Below are positions 1 through 15,000 of a stretch of 64,000 nucleotides of DNA, one piece after another; position 1 is the first letter of the stretch; each line of letters opens with the position of its first letter. The DNA is from Minutocellus sp. GHC0000111 (lineage: Eukaryota). Below the pieces are notes generated by a model. That model was not told where the DNA came from. It made no database searches and saw only the letters and a list, made by a program, of their open reading frames with translations. Position numbers and translations under genes: made by a program. The stretch spans positions 4,836,001-4,900,000 of the forward strand of contig OZ361257.1 in NCBI GenBank assembly GCA_977018835.1, in the 5' to 3' direction.

Positions 1-3000
1 TTTGAAGTGTCAAATAGGAGTCGATGTAGATCCACCGAGGAAGGGGATGCACCATCGCGAGTGCATTGATAGGGATATCGGATACGGATGCCATGAGGAG
101 GATGTGATGCTTTTGAGGGGTTTGGGAGGTCGTTTAGGTGTAGATCTAGCTAGGCGATTTACTGCAGTTGGTGGCGGAATTTTTGGCAAACAATTTGGAG
201 TGTCAAATAGGAATAGATGTAGATCCAGGGAGGAAGGGGATGCACCATCGCGAGTGCATTGATAGGGATATCGGATACGGATGCCATGAGGAGGATGTGA
301 TGCTTTGGAGGGGTTTGGGAGGTCGTTTAGGTGTAGATCTAGGCGATTTACTGCAGTTGGTGGCGGAATTTTCGGTAAAATTGGGAGTGTCAAACAGGAA
401 CAGATGTAGATCCACCGAGGAAGGGGATGCACCATCGCGAGTGCATTGACAGGGATGTCGGAAACGGATGCCATGAGGAGGAGGTGATGCTTTTGAGGGG
501 TTTGGGAGGTCGTTTAGGTGTAGATCTAGGCGATTTACTACTCCGGTTGGCTGTGTGGTTTTTAGCGGGTTTTTTGGAGTGTCAAACAGGAATAGATGTA
601 GATCCACCGAGGAAGGGGATGCACCATCGCGAGTGCATTGATAGGGATATCGGATACGGATGCCATGAGGAGGATGTGATGCGTTGGAGGGGTTTGGGAG
701 GTCGTTTAGGTGTAGGTCTAGGCGATTTACTGCGGTGGTTGGTGGCGGAATTTTCGGTAAAATTGGGAGTGTCAAACAGGAACAGATGTAGATCCACCGA
801 GGAAGGGGATGCACCATCGCGAGTGCATTGATAGGGATGTCGGAAACGGATGCCATGAGGAGGATGTGATGCTTTGGAGGGGTTTGGGAGGTCGTTTAGG
901 TGTAGATCTAGCTAGGCGATTTACTGCGGTTGGCTGCGGAATTTTTGGTAAAATTGGGAGTGTCAAATGGGAATAGATGTAGATCCACCGAGGAAGGGGA
1001 TGCACCACCGAGAGTGCATTGATAGGGATATCGGCTGCGGATGCCATGAGGAGGATGTGATGCTTTGGAGGGGTTTGGGAGGTCGTTTAGGTGTAGATCT
1101 AGCTAGGCGATTTACTGCAGTTGGTGGCGGAATTTTTGGCAAACAATTTGGAGTGTCAAATAGGAATAGATGTAGATCCAGGGAGGAAGGGGATGCACCA
1201 TCGCGAGTGCATTGATAGGGATATCGGCTGCGGATGCCATGAGGAGGATGTGATGCTTTGGAGGGGTTTGGGAGGTCGTTTAGGTGTAGATCTAGCTAGG
1301 CGATTTACTGCAGTTGGTGGCGGAATTTTCGGTAAAATTGGGAGTGTCAAACAGGAACAGATGTAGATCCACCGAGGAAGGGGATGCACCATCGCGAGTG
1401 CATTGATAGGGATGTCGGAAACGGATGCCATGAGGAGGATGTGATGCTTTGGAGGGGTTTGGGAGGTCGTTTAGGTGTAGATCTAGCTAGGCGATTTACT
1501 GCTGTTGGCTGCGGAATTTTTGGTAAAATTGGGAGTGTCAAATGGGAATAGATGTAGATCCACCGAGGAAGGGGATGCACCATCGAGAGTGCATTGATAG
1601 GGATGTCGGCTGCGGATGCCATGAGGAGGATGTGATGCTTTGGAGGAGTTTGGGAGGTCGTTTAGGTGTAGATCTAGCTAGGCGATTTGCTACTCCGGTT
1701 GGTGGCGGAATTTTCGGTAAAATTGGGAGTGTCAAACAGGAATAGATGTAGATCCAGGGAGGAAGGGGATGCACCATCGCGAGTGCATTGATAGGGATAT
1801 CGGCTGCGGATGCCATGAGGAGGATGTGATGCTTTGGAGGGGTTTGGGAGGTCGTTTAGGTGTAGATCTAGCTAGGCGATTTACTGCAGTTGGTGGCGGA
1901 ATTTTCGGTTTAATTGGGAGTGTCAAACAGGAACAGATGTAGATCCACCGAGGAAGGGGATGCACCATCGCGAGTGCATTGATAGGGATGTCGGATATGG
2001 ATACCATGAGGAGGATGTGATGCTTTGGAGGGGTTTGGGAGGTCGTTTAGGTGTAGATCTAGGCGATTTACTACTCCGGTTGGCTGTGTGGTTTTTAGCG
2101 GGGTTTTTGGAGTGTCAAACAGGAATAGATGTAGATCCACCGAGGAAGGGGATGCACCATCGCGAGTGCATTGATAGGGATGTCGGAAACGGATGCCATG
2201 AGGAGGAGATGATGCGTTGGAGGGGTTTGGGAGGTCGTTTAGGTGTAGGTCTAGGCAATTTCTGCGGTTGTTGGTGGTGTGGTTTTCAGCGGATTTTGGA
2301 GTGTCAAATAGGAATAGATGTAGATCCAGGGAGGAAGGGGATGCACCATCGCGAGTGCATTGATAGGGATATCGGATACGGATGCCATGAGGAGGATGTG
2401 ATGCTTTGGAGGAGTTTGGGATGTCGTTTAGGTGTAGATCTAGGCGATTTTCTGCGGTTGGTGGTGTGGTTTTCAGCGGATTTTGGAGTGTCAAACATGA
2501 ATAGATGTAGATCCACCGAGGAATGGGATGCACCATCGCGAGTGCATTGATAGGGATGTCGGATATGGATACCATGAGGAGGATGTGATGCTTTGGAGGG
2601 GTTTGGGAGGTCGTTTAGGTGTAGATCTAGGCGATTTACTACTCCGGTTGGCTGTGTGGTTTTTAGCGGGGTTTTTGGAGTGTCAAACAGGAATAGATGT
2701 AGATCCACCGAGGAAGGGGATGCACCATCGCGAGTGCATTGATAGGGATGTCGGAAACGGATGCCATGAGGAGGAGATGATGCGTTGGAGGGGTTTGGGA
2801 GGTCGTTTAGGTGTAGGTCTAGGCAATTTCTGCGGTTGTTGGTGGTGTGGTTCTTAGCGGATTTTGAAGTGTCAAATAGGAGTCGATGTAGATCCACCGA
2901 GGAAGGGGATGCACCATCGCGAGTGCATTGATAGGGATATCGGATACGGATGCCATGAGGAGGATGTGATGCTTTGGAGGAGTTTGGGATGTCGTTTAGG

Positions 3001-6000
3001 TGTAGATCTAGGCGATTTTCTGCGGTTGGTGGTGTGGTTTTCAGCGGATTTTGGAGTGTCAAACATGAATAGATGTAGATCCACCGAGGAATGGGATGCA
3101 CCATCGCGAGTGCATTGATAGGGATGTCGGAAACGGATGCCATGAGGAGGAGATGATGCGTTGGAGGGGTTTGGGAGGTCGTTTAGGTGTAGGTCTAGGC
3201 AATTTCTGCGGTTGTTGGTGGTGTGGTTCTTAGCGGATTTTGAAGTGTCAAATAGGAGTCGATGTAGATCCACCGAGGAAGGGGATGCACCATCGCGAGT
3301 GCATTGATAGGGATATCGGATACGGATGCCATGAGGAGGATGTGATGCTTTGGAGGAGTTTGGGAGGTCGTTTAGGTGTAGATCTAGGCGATTTTCTGCG
3401 GTTGGTGGTGTGGTTTTCAGCGGATTTTGGAGTGTCAAATAGGAATAGATGTAGATCCAGGGAGGAAGGGGATGCACCATCGCAAGTGCATTGATAGGGA
3501 TATCGGATACGGATGCCATGAGGAGGATGTGATGCTTTTGAGGGGTTTGGGAGGTCGTTTAGGTGTAGATCTAGCTAGGCGATTTACTGCAGTTGGTGGC
3601 GGAATTTTTGGCAAACAATTTGGAGTGTCAAATAGGAATAGATGTAGATCCAGGGAGGAAGGGGATGCACCATCGCGAGTGCATTGATAGGGATATCGGA
3701 TACGGATGCCATGAGGAGGATGTGATGCTTTGGAGGGGTTTGGGAGGTCGTTTAGGTGTAGATCTAGGCGATTTACTGTGGTTGGTGGCGGAATTTTCGG
3801 TAAAATTGGGAGTGTCAAACAGGAACAGATGTAGATCCACCGAGGAAGGGGATGCACCATCGCGAGTGCATTGACAGGGATGTCGGAAACGGATGCCATG
3901 AGGAGGAGGTGATGCTTTTGAGGGGTTTGGGAGGTCGTTTAGGTGTAGATCTAGGCGATTTACTACTCCGGTTGGCTGTGTGGTTTTTAGCGGGGTTTTT
4001 GGAGTGTCAAACAGGAATAGATGTAGATCCACCGAGGAAGGGGATGCACCATCGCGAGTGCATTGATAGGGATATCGGATACGGATGCCATGAGGAGGAT
4101 GTGATGCGTTGGAGGGGTTTGGGAGGTCGTTTAGGTGTAGGTCTAGGCGATTTACTGCGGTGGTTGGTGGCGGAATTTTCGGTAAAATTGGGAGTGTCAA
4201 ACAGGAACAGATGTAGATCCACCGAGGAAGGGGATGCACCATCGCGAGTGCATTGATAGGGATGTCGGATACGGATGCCATGAGGAGGATGTGATGCTTT
4301 GGAGGGGTTTGGGAGGTCGTTTAGGTGTAGATCTAGCTAGGCGATTTACTGCGGTTGGCTGCGGAATTTTTGGTAAAATTGGGAGTGTCAAATGGGAATA
4401 GATGTAGATCCACCGAGGAAGGGGATGCACCACCGAGAGTGCATTGATAGGGATATCGGCTGCGGATGCCATGAGGAGGATGTGATGCTTTGGAGGGGTT
4501 TGGGAGGTCGTTTAGGTGTAGATCTAGCTAGGCGATTTACTGCAGTTGGTGGCGGAATTTTCGGTTTAATTGGGAGTGTCAAATGGGAATAGATGTAGAT
4601 CCACCGAGGAAGGGGATGCACCATCGCGAGTGCATTGATAGGGATGTCGGATATGGATACCATGAGGAGGATGTGATGCTTTGGAGGGGTTTGGGAGGTC
4701 GTTTAGGTGTAGATCTAGGCGATTTACTACTCCGGTTGGCTGTGTGGTTTTTAGCGGGGTTTTTGGAGTGTCAAACAGGAATAGATGTAGATCCACCGAG
4801 GAAGGGGATGCACCATCGCGAGTGCATTGATAGGGATGTCGGAAACGGATGCCATGAGGAGGAGATGATGCGTTGGAGGGGTTTGGGAGGTCGTTTAGGT
4901 GTAGGTCTAGGCAATTTCTGCGGTTGTTGGTGGTGTGGTTCTTAGCGGATTTTGAAGTGTCAAATAGGAGTCGATGTAGATCCACCGAGGAAGGGGATGC
5001 ACCATCGCGAGTGCATTGATAGGGATATCGGATACGGATGCCATGAGGAGGATGTGATGCTTTGGAGGGGTTTGGGAGGTCGTTTAGGTGTAGATCTAGC
5101 TAGGCGATTTACTGCAGTTGGTGGCGGAATTTTTGGCAAACAATTTGGAGTGTCAAATAGGAATAGATGTAGATCCAGGGAGGAAGGGGATGCACCATCG
5201 CGAGTGCATTGATAGGGATATCGGATACGGATGCCATGAGGAGGATGTGATGCTTTGGAGGGGTTTGGGAGGTCGTTTAGGTGTAGATCTAGGCGATTTA
5301 CTGTGGTTGGTGGCGGAATTTTCGGTAAAATTGGGAGTGTCAAACAGGAACAGATGTAGATCCACCGAGGAAGGGGATGCACCATCGCGAGTGCATTGAC
5401 AGGGATGTCGGAAACGGATGCCATGAGGAGGAGGTGATGCTTTTGAGGGGTTTGGGAGGTCGTTTAGGTGTAGATCTAGGCGATTTACTACTCCGGTTGG
5501 CTGTGTGGTTTTTAGCGGGGTTTTTGGAGTGTCAAACAGGAATAGATGTAGATCCACCGAGGAAGGGGATGCACCATCGCGAGTGCATTGATAGGGATAT
5601 CGGATACGGATGCCATGAGGAGGATGTGATGCGTTGGAGGGGTTTGGGAGGTCGTTTAGGTGTAGGTCTAGGCGATTTACTGCGGTGGTTGGTGGCGGAA
5701 TTTTCGGTAAAATTGGGAGTGTCAAACAGGAACAGATGTAGATCCACCGAGGAAGGGGATGCACCATCGCGAGTGCATTGATAGGGATGTCGGAAACGGA
5801 TGCCATGAGGAGGATGTGATGCTTTGGAGGGGTTTGGGAGGTCGTTTAGGTGTAGATCTAGCTAGGCGATTTACTGCGGTTGGCTGCGGAATTTTTGGTA
5901 AAATTGGGAGTGTCAAATGGGAATAGATGTAGATCCACCGAGGAAGGGGATGCACCACCGAGAGTGCATTGATAGGGATATCGGCTGCGGATGCCATGAG

Positions 6001-9000
6001 GAGGATGTGATGCTTTGGAGGGGTTTGGGAGGTCGTGCATTGATAGGGATGTCGGAAACGGATGCCATGAGGAGGAGATGATGCGTTGGAGGGGTTTGGG
6101 AGGTCGTTTAGGTGTAGGTCTAGGCAATTTCTGCGGTTGTTGGTGGTGTGGTTCTTAGCGGATTTTGAAGTGTCAAATAGGAGTCGATGTAGATCCACCG
6201 AGGAAGGGGATGCACCATCGCGAGTGCATTGATAGGGATATCGGATACGGATGCCATGAGGAGGATGTGATGCTTTGGAGGAGTTTGGGAGGTCGTTTAG
6301 GTGTAGATCTAGGCGATTTTCTGCGGTTGGTGGTGTGGTTTTCAGCGGATTTTGGAGTGTCAAATAGGAATAGATGTAGATCCAGGGAGGAAGGGGATGC
6401 ACCATCGCAAGTGCATTGATACGGATATCGGATACGGATGCCATGAGGAGGATGTGATGCTTTTGAGGGGTTTGGGAGGTCGTTTAGGTGTAGATCTAGC
6501 TAGGCTATTTACTGCAGTTGGTGGCGGAATTTTTGGCAAACAATTTGGAGTGTCAAATAGGAATAGATGTAGATCCAGGGAGGAAGGGGATGCACCATCG
6601 CGAGTGCATTGATAGGGATATCGGATACGGATGCCATGAGGAGGATGTGATGCTTTGGAGGGGTTTGGGAGGTCGTTTAGGTGTAGATCTAGGCGATTTA
6701 CTGTGGTTGGTGGCGGAATTTTCGGTAAAATTGGGAGTGTCAAACAGGAACAGATGTAGATCCACCGAGGAAGGGGATGCACCATCGCGAGTGCATTGAC
6801 AGGGATGTCGGAAACGGATGCCATGAGGAGGAGGTGATGCTTTTGAGGGGTTTGGGAGGTCGTTTAGGTGTAGATCTAGGCGATTTACTACTCCGGTTGG
6901 CTGTGTGGTTTTTAGCGGGGTTTTTGGAGTGTCAAACAGGAATAGATGTAGATCCACCGAGGAAGGGGATGCACCATCGCGAGTGCATTGATAGGGATAT
7001 CGGATACGGATGCCATGAGGAGGATGTGATGCGTTGGAGGGGTTTGGGAGGTCGTTTAGGTGTAGGTCTAGGCGATTTACTGCGGTGGTTGGTGGCGGAA
7101 TTTTCGGTAAAATTGGGAGTGTCAAACAGGAACAGATGTAGATCCACCGAGGAAGGGGATGCACCATCGCGAGTGCATTGATAGGGATGTCGGAAACGGA
7201 TGCCATGAGGAGGATGTGATGCTTTGGAGGGGTTTGGGAGGTCGTTTAGGTGTAGATCTAGCTAGGCGATTTACTGCGGTTGGCTGCGGAATTTTTGGTA
7301 AAATTGGGAGTGTCAAATGGGAATAGATGTAGATCCACCGAGGAAGGGGATGCACCACCGAGAGTGCATTGATAGGGATATCGGCTGCGGATGCCATGAG
7401 GAGGATGTGATGCTTTGGAGGGGTTTGGGAGGTCGTTTAGGTGTAGATCTAGCTAGGCGATTTACTGCAGTTGGTGGCGGAATTTTCGGTTTAATTGGGA
7501 GTGTCAAATGGGAATAGATGTAGATCCACCGAGGAAGGGGATGCACCATCGCGAGTGCATTGATAGGGATGTCGGATATGGATACCATGAGGAGGATGTG
7601 ATGCTTTGGAGGGGTTTGGGAGGTCGTTTAGGTGTAGATCTAGGCGATTTACTACTCCGGTTGGCTGTGTGGTTTTTAGCGGGGTTTTTGGAGTGTCAAA
7701 CAGGAACAGATGTAGATCCACCGAGGAAGGGGATGCACCATCGCGAGTGCATTGACAGGGATGTCGGAAACGGATGCCATGAGGAGGAGGTGATGCTTTT
7801 GAGGGGTTTGGGAGGTCGTTTAGGTGTAGATCTAGGCGATTTACTACTCCGGTTGGCTGTGTGGTTTTTAGCGGGGTTTTTGGAGTGTCAAACAGGAATA
7901 GATGTAGATCCACCGAGGAAGGGGATGCACCATCGCGAGTGCATTGATAGGGATATCGGATACGGATGCCATGAGGAGGATGTGATGCGTTGGAGGGGTT
8001 TGGGAGGTCGTTTAGGTGTAGGTCTAGGCGATTTACTGCGGTGGTTGGTGGCGGAATTTTCGGTAAAATTGGGAGTGTCAAACAGGAACAGATGTAGATC
8101 CACCGAGGAAGGGGATGCACCATCGCGAGTGCATTGATAGGGATGTCGGAAACGGATGCCATGAGGAGGATGTGATGCTTTGGAGGGGTTTGGGAGGTCG
8201 TTTAGGTGTAGATCTAGCTAGGCGATTTACTGCGGTTGGCTGCGGAATTTTTGGTAAAATTGGGAGTGTCAAATGGGAATAGATGTAGATCCACCGAGGA
8301 AGGGGATGCACCACCGAGAGTGCATTGATAGGGATATCGGCTGCGGATGCCATGAGGAGGATGTGATGCTTTGGAGGGGTTTGGGAGGTCGTGCATTGAT
8401 AGGGATGTCGGAAACGGATGCCATGAGGAGGAGATGATGCGTTGGAGGGGTTTGGGAGGTCGTTTAGGTGTAGGTCTAGGCAATTTCTGCGGTTGTTGGT
8501 GGTGTGGTTCTTAGCGGATTTTGAAGTGTCAAATAGGAGTCGATGTAGATCCACCGAGGAAGGGGATGCACCATCGCGAGTGCATTGATAGGGATATCGG
8601 ATACGGATGCCATGAGGAGGATGTGATGCTTTGGAGGAGTTTGGGAGGTCGTTTAGGTGTAGATCTAGGCGATTTTCTGCGGTTGGTGGTGTGGTTTTCA
8701 GCGGATTTTGGAGTGTCAAATAGGAATAGATGTAGATCCAGGGAGGAAGGGGATGCACCATCGCAAGTGCATTGATACGGATATCGGATACGGATGCCAT
8801 GAGGAGGATGTGATGCTTTTGAGGGGTTTGGGAGGTCGTTTAGGTGTAGATCTAGCTAGGCTATTTACTGCAGTTGGTGGCGGAATTTTTGGCAAACAAT
8901 TTGGAGTGTCAAATAGGAATAGATGTAGATCCAGGGAGGAAGGGGATGCACCATCGCGAGTGCATTGATAGGGATATCGGATACGGATGCCATGAGGAGG

Positions 9001-12000
9001 ATGTGATGCTTTGGAGGGGTTTGGGAGGTCGTTTAGGTGTAGATCTAGGCGATTTACTGTGGTTGGTGGCGGAATTTTCGGTAAAATTGGGAGTGTCAAA
9101 CAGGAACAGATGTAGATCCACCGAGGAAGGGGATGCACCATCGCGAGTGCATTGACAGGGATGTCGGAAACGGATGCCATGAGGAGGAGGTGATGCTTTT
9201 GAGGGGTTTGGGAGGTCGTTTAGGTGTAGATCTAGGCGATTTACTACTCCGGTTGGCTGTGTGGTTTTTAGCGGGGTTTTTGGAGTGTCAAACAGGAATA
9301 GATGTAGATCCACCGAGGAAGGGGATGCACCATCGCGAGTGCATTGATAGGGATATCGGATACGGATGCCATGAGGAGGATGTGATGCGTTGGAGGGGTT
9401 TGGGAGGTCGTTTAGGTGTAGGTCTAGGCGATTTACTGCGGTGGTTGGTGGCGGAATTTTCGGTAAAATTGGGAGTGTCAAACAGGAACAGATGTAGATC
9501 CACCGAGGAAGGGGATGCACCATCGCGAGTGCATTGATAGGGATGTCGGAAACGGATGCCATGAGGAGGATGTGATGCTTTGGAGGGGTTTGGGAGGTCG
9601 TTTAGGTGTAGATCTAGCTAGGCGATTTACTGCGGTTGGCTGCGGAATTTTTGGTAAAATTGGGAGTGTCAAATGGGAATAGATGTAGATCCACCGAGGA
9701 AGGGGATGCACCACCGAGAGTGCATTGATAGGGATATCGGCTGCGGATGCCATGAGGAGGATGTGATGCTTTGGAGGGGTTTGGGAGGTCGTGCATTGAT
9801 AGGGATGTCGGAAACGGATGCCATGAGGAGGAGATGATGCGTTGGAGGGGTTTGGGAGGTCGTTTAGGTGTAGGTCTAGGCAATTTCTGCGGTTGTTGGT
9901 GGTGTGGTTCTTAGCGGATTTTGAAGTGTCAAATAGGAGTCGATGTAGATCCACCGAGGAAGGGGATGCACCATCGCGAGTGCATTGATAGGGATATCGG
10001 ATACGGATGCCATGAGGAGGATGTGATGCTTTGGAGGAGTTTGGGAGGTCGTTTAGGTGTAGATCTAGGCGATTTTCTGCGGTTGGTGGTGTGGTTTTCA
10101 GCGGATTTTGGAGTGTCAAATAGGAATAGATGTAGATCCAGGGAGGAAGGGGATGCACCATCGCAAGTGCATTGATACGGATATCGGATACGGATGCCAT
10201 GAGGAGGATGTGATGCTTTTGAGGGGTTTGGGAGGTCGTTTAGGTGTAGATCTAGCTAGGCTATTTACTGCAGTTGGTGGCGGAATTTTTGGCAAACAAT
10301 TTGGAGTGTCAAATAGGAATAGATGTAGATCCAGGGAGGAAGGGGATGCACCATCGCGAGTGCATTGATAGGGATATCGGATACGGATGCCATGAGGAGG
10401 ATGTGATGCTTTGGAGGGGTTTGGGAGGTCGTTTAGGTGTAGATCTAGGCGATTTACTGTGGTTGGTGGCGGAATTTTCGGTAAAATTGGGAGTGTCAAA
10501 CAGGAACAGATGTAGATCCACCGAGGAAGGGGATGCACCATCGCGAGTGCATTGACAGGGATGTCGGAAACGGATGCCATGAGGAGGAGGTGATGCTTTT
10601 GAGGGGTTTGGGAGGTCGTTTAGGTGTAGATCTAGGCGATTTACTACTCCGGTTGGCTGTGTGGTTTTTAGCGGGGTTTTTGGAGTGTCAAACAGGAATA
10701 GATGTAGATCCACCGAGGAAGGGGATGCACCATCGCGAGTGCATTGATAGGGATATCGGATACGGATGCCATGAGGAGGATGTGATGCGTTGGAGGGGTT
10801 TGGGAGGTCGTTTAGGTGTAGGTCTAGGCGATTTACTGCGGTGGTTGGTGGCGGAATTTTCGGTAAAATTGGGAGTGTCAAACAGGAACAGATGTAGATC
10901 CACCGAGGAAGGGGATGCACCATCGCGAGTGCATTGATAGGGATGTCGGAAACGGATGCCATGAGGAGGATGTGATGCTTTGGAGGGGTTTGGGAGGTCG
11001 TTTAGGTGTAGATCTAGCTAGGCGATTTACTGCGGTTGGCTGCGGAATTTTTGGTAAAATTGGGAGTGTCAAATGGGAATAGATGTAGATCCACCGAGGA
11101 AGGGGATGCACCACCGAGAGTGCATTGATAGGGATATCGGCTGCGGATGCCATGAGGAGGATGTGATGCTTTGGAGGGGTTTGGGAGGTCGTTTAGGTGT
11201 AGATCTAGCTAGGCGATTTACTGCAGTTGGTGGCGGAATTTTCGGTTTAATTGGGAGTGTCAAATGGGAATAGATGTAGATCCAGGGAGGAAGGGGATGC
11301 ACCATCGCGAGTGCATTGATAGGGATGTCGGATATGGATACCATGAGGAGGATGTGATGCTTTGGAGGGGTTTGGGAGGTCGTTTAGGTGTAGGTCTAGG
11401 CGATTTACTACTCCGGTTGGCTGTGTGGTTTTTAGCGGGGTTTTTGGAGTGTCAAACAGGAATAGATGTAGATCCACCGAGGAAGGGGATGCACCATCGC
11501 GAGTGCATTGATAGGGATGTCGGAAACGGATGCCATGAGGAGGAGATGATGCGTTGGAGGGGTTTGGGAGGTCGTTTAGGTGTAGGTCTAGGCAATTTCT
11601 GCGGTTGTTGGTGGTGTGGTTCTTAGCGGATTTTGAAGTGTCAAATAGGAGTCGATGTAGATCCACCGAGGAAGGGGATGCACCATCGCGAGTGCATTGA
11701 TAGGGATATCGGATACGGATGCCATGAGGAGGATGTGATGCTTTGGAGGAGTTTGGGATGTCGTTTAGGTGTAGATCTAGGCGATTTTCTGCGGTTGGTG
11801 GTGTGGTTTTCAGCGGATTTTGGAGTGTCAAATAGGAATAGATGTAGATCCAGGGAGGAAGGGGATGCACCATCGCAAGTGCATTGATAGGGATATCGGA
11901 TACGGATGCCATGAGGAGGATGTGATGCTTTGGAGGAGTTTGGGAGGTCGTTTAGGTGTAGATCTAGCTAGGCGATTTACTGCAGTTGGTGGCGGAATTT

Positions 12001-15000
12001 TTGGCAAACAATTTGGAGTGTCAAATAGGAATAGATGTAGATCCAGGGAGGAAGGGGATGCACCATCGCGAGTGCATTGATAGGGATATCGGCTGCGGAT
12101 GCCATGAGGAGGATGTGATGCTTTGGAGGGGTTTGGGAGGTCGTTTAGGTGTAGATCTAGCTAGGCGATTTACTGCAGTTGGTGGCGGAATTTTCGGTAA
12201 AATTGGGAGTGTCAAACAGGAACAGATGTAGATCCACCGAGGAAGGGGATGCACCATCGCGAGTGCATTGATAGGGATGTCGGAAACGGATGCCATGAGG
12301 AGGATGTGATGCTTTGGAGGGGTTTGGGAGGTCGTTTAGGTGTAGATCTAGCTAGGCGATTTACTGCTGTTGGCTGCGGAATTTTTGGTAAAATTGGGAG
12401 TGTCAAATGGGAATAGATGTAGATCCACCGAGGAAGGGGATGCACCATCGAGAGTGCATTGATAGGGATATCGGCTGCGGATGCCATGAGGAGGATGTGA
12501 TGCTTTGGAGGAGTTTGGGAGGTCGTTTAGGTGTAGATCTAGCTAGGCGATTTGCTACTCCGGTTGGTGGCGGAATTTTCGGTAAAATTGGGAGTGTCAA
12601 ACAGGAATAGATGTAGATCCAGGGAGGAAGGGGATGCACCATCGCGAGTGCATTGATAGGGATATCGGCTGCGGATGCCATGAGGAGGATGTGATGCTTT
12701 GGAGGGGTTTGGGAGGTCGTTTAGGTGTAGATCTAGCTAGGCGATTTACTGCAGTTGGTGGCGGAATTTTCGGTTTAATTGGGAGTGTCAAACAGGAATA
12801 GATGTAGATCCACCGAGGAAGGGGATGCACCATCGCGAGTGCATTGATAGGGATGTCGGATATGGATACCATGAGGAGGATGTGATGCTTTGGAGGGGTT
12901 TGGGAGGTCGTTTAGGTGTAGATCTAGGCGATTTACTACTCCGGTTGGCTGTGTGGTTTTTAGCGGGGTTTTTGGAGTGTCAAACAGGAATAGATGTAGA
13001 TCCAGGGAGGAAGGGGATGCACCATCGCGAGTGCATTGATAGGGATGTCGGAAACGGATGCCATGAGGAGGAGATGATGCGTTGGAGGGGTTTGGGAGGT
13101 CGTTTAGGTGTAGGTCTAGGCAATTTCTGCGGTTGTTGGTGGTGTGGTTCTTAGCGGATTTTGAAGTGTCAAATAGGAGTCGATGTAGATCCACCAAGGA
13201 AGGGGATGCACCATCGCGAGTGCATTGATAGGGATATCGGATACGGATGCCATGAGGAGGATGTGATGCTTTGGAGGAGTTTGGGATGTCGTTTAGGTGT
13301 AGATCTAGGCGATTTTCTGCGGTTGGTGGTGTGGTTTTCAGCGGATTTTGGAGTGTCAAATAGGAATAGATGTAGATCCAGGGAGGAAGGGGATGCACCA
13401 TCGCAAGTGCATTGATAGGGATATCGGATACGGATGCCATGAGGAGGATGTGATGCTTTGGAGGAGTTTGGGAGGTCGTTTAGGTGTAGATCTAGCTAGG
13501 CGATTTACTGCAGTTGGTGGCGGAATTTTTGGCAAACAATTTGGAGTGTCAAATAGGAATAGATGTAGATCCAGGGAGGAAGGGGATGCACCATCGCGAG
13601 TGCATTGATAGGGATATCGGCTGCGGATGCCATGAGGAGGATGTGATGCTTTGGAGGGGTTTGGGAGGTCGTTTAGGTGTAGATCTAGCTAGGCGATTTA
13701 CTGCAGTTGGTGGCGGAATTTTCGGTAAAATTGGGAGTGTCAAACAGGAACAGATGTAGATCCACCGAGGAAGGGGATGCACCATCGCGAGTGCATTGAT
13801 AGGGATGTCGGAAACGGATGCCATGAGGAGGATGTGATGCTTTGGAGGGGTTTGGGAGGTCGTTTAGGTGTAGATCTAGCTAGGCGATTTACTGCTGTTG
13901 GCTGCGGAATTTTTGGTAAAATTGGGAGTGTCAAATGGGAATAGATGTAGATCCACCGAGGAAGGGGATGCACCATCGAGAGTGCATTGATAGGGATATC
14001 GGCTGCGGATGCCATGAGGAGGATGTGATGCTTTGGAGGAGTTTGGGAGGTCGTTTAGGTGTAGATCTAGCTAGGCGATTTGCTACTCCGGTTGGTGGCG
14101 GAATTTTCGGTAAAATTGGGAGTGTCAAACAGGAATAGATGTAGATCCAGGGAGGAAGGGGATGCACCATCGCGAGTGCATTGATAGGGATATCGGCTGC
14201 GGATGCCATGAGGAGGATGTGATGCTTTGGAGGGGTTTGGGAGGTCGTTTAGGTGTAGATCTAGCTAGGCGATTTACTGCAGTTGGTGGCGGAATTTTCG
14301 GTTTAATTGGGAGTGTCAAACAGGAACAGATGTAGATCCACCGAGGAAGGGGATGCACCATCGCGAGTGCATTGATAGGGATGTCGGATATGGATACCAT
14401 GAGGAGGATGTGATGCTTTGGAGGGGTTTGGGAGGTCGTTTAGGTGTAGATCTAGGCGATTTACTACTCCGGTTGGCTGTGTGGTTTTTAGCGGGGTTTT
14501 TGGAGTGTCAAACAGGAATAGATGTAGATCCACCGAGGAAGGGGATGCACCATCGCGAGTGCATTGATAGGGATGTCGGAAACGGATGCCATGAGGAGGA
14601 GATGATGCGTTGGAGGGGTTTGGGAGGTCGTTTAGGTGTAGGTCTAGGCAATTTCTGCGGTTGTTGGTGTGGTTCTTAGCGGATTTTGAAGTGTCAAATA
14701 GGAGTCGATGTAGATCCACCGAGGAAGGGGATGCACCATCGCGAGTGCATTGATAGGGATATCGGATACGGATGCCATGAGGAGGATGTGATGCTTTGGA
14801 GGGGTTTGGGAGGTCGTTTAGGTGTAGATCTAGGCGATTTACTACTCCGGTTGGCTGTGTGGTTTTTAGCGGGGTTTTTGGAGTGTCAAACAGGAATAGA
14901 TGTAGATCCACCGAGGAAGGGGATGCACCATCGCGAGTGCATTGATAGGGATGTCGGAAACGGATGCCATGAGGAGGAGATGATGCGTTGGAGGGGTTTG

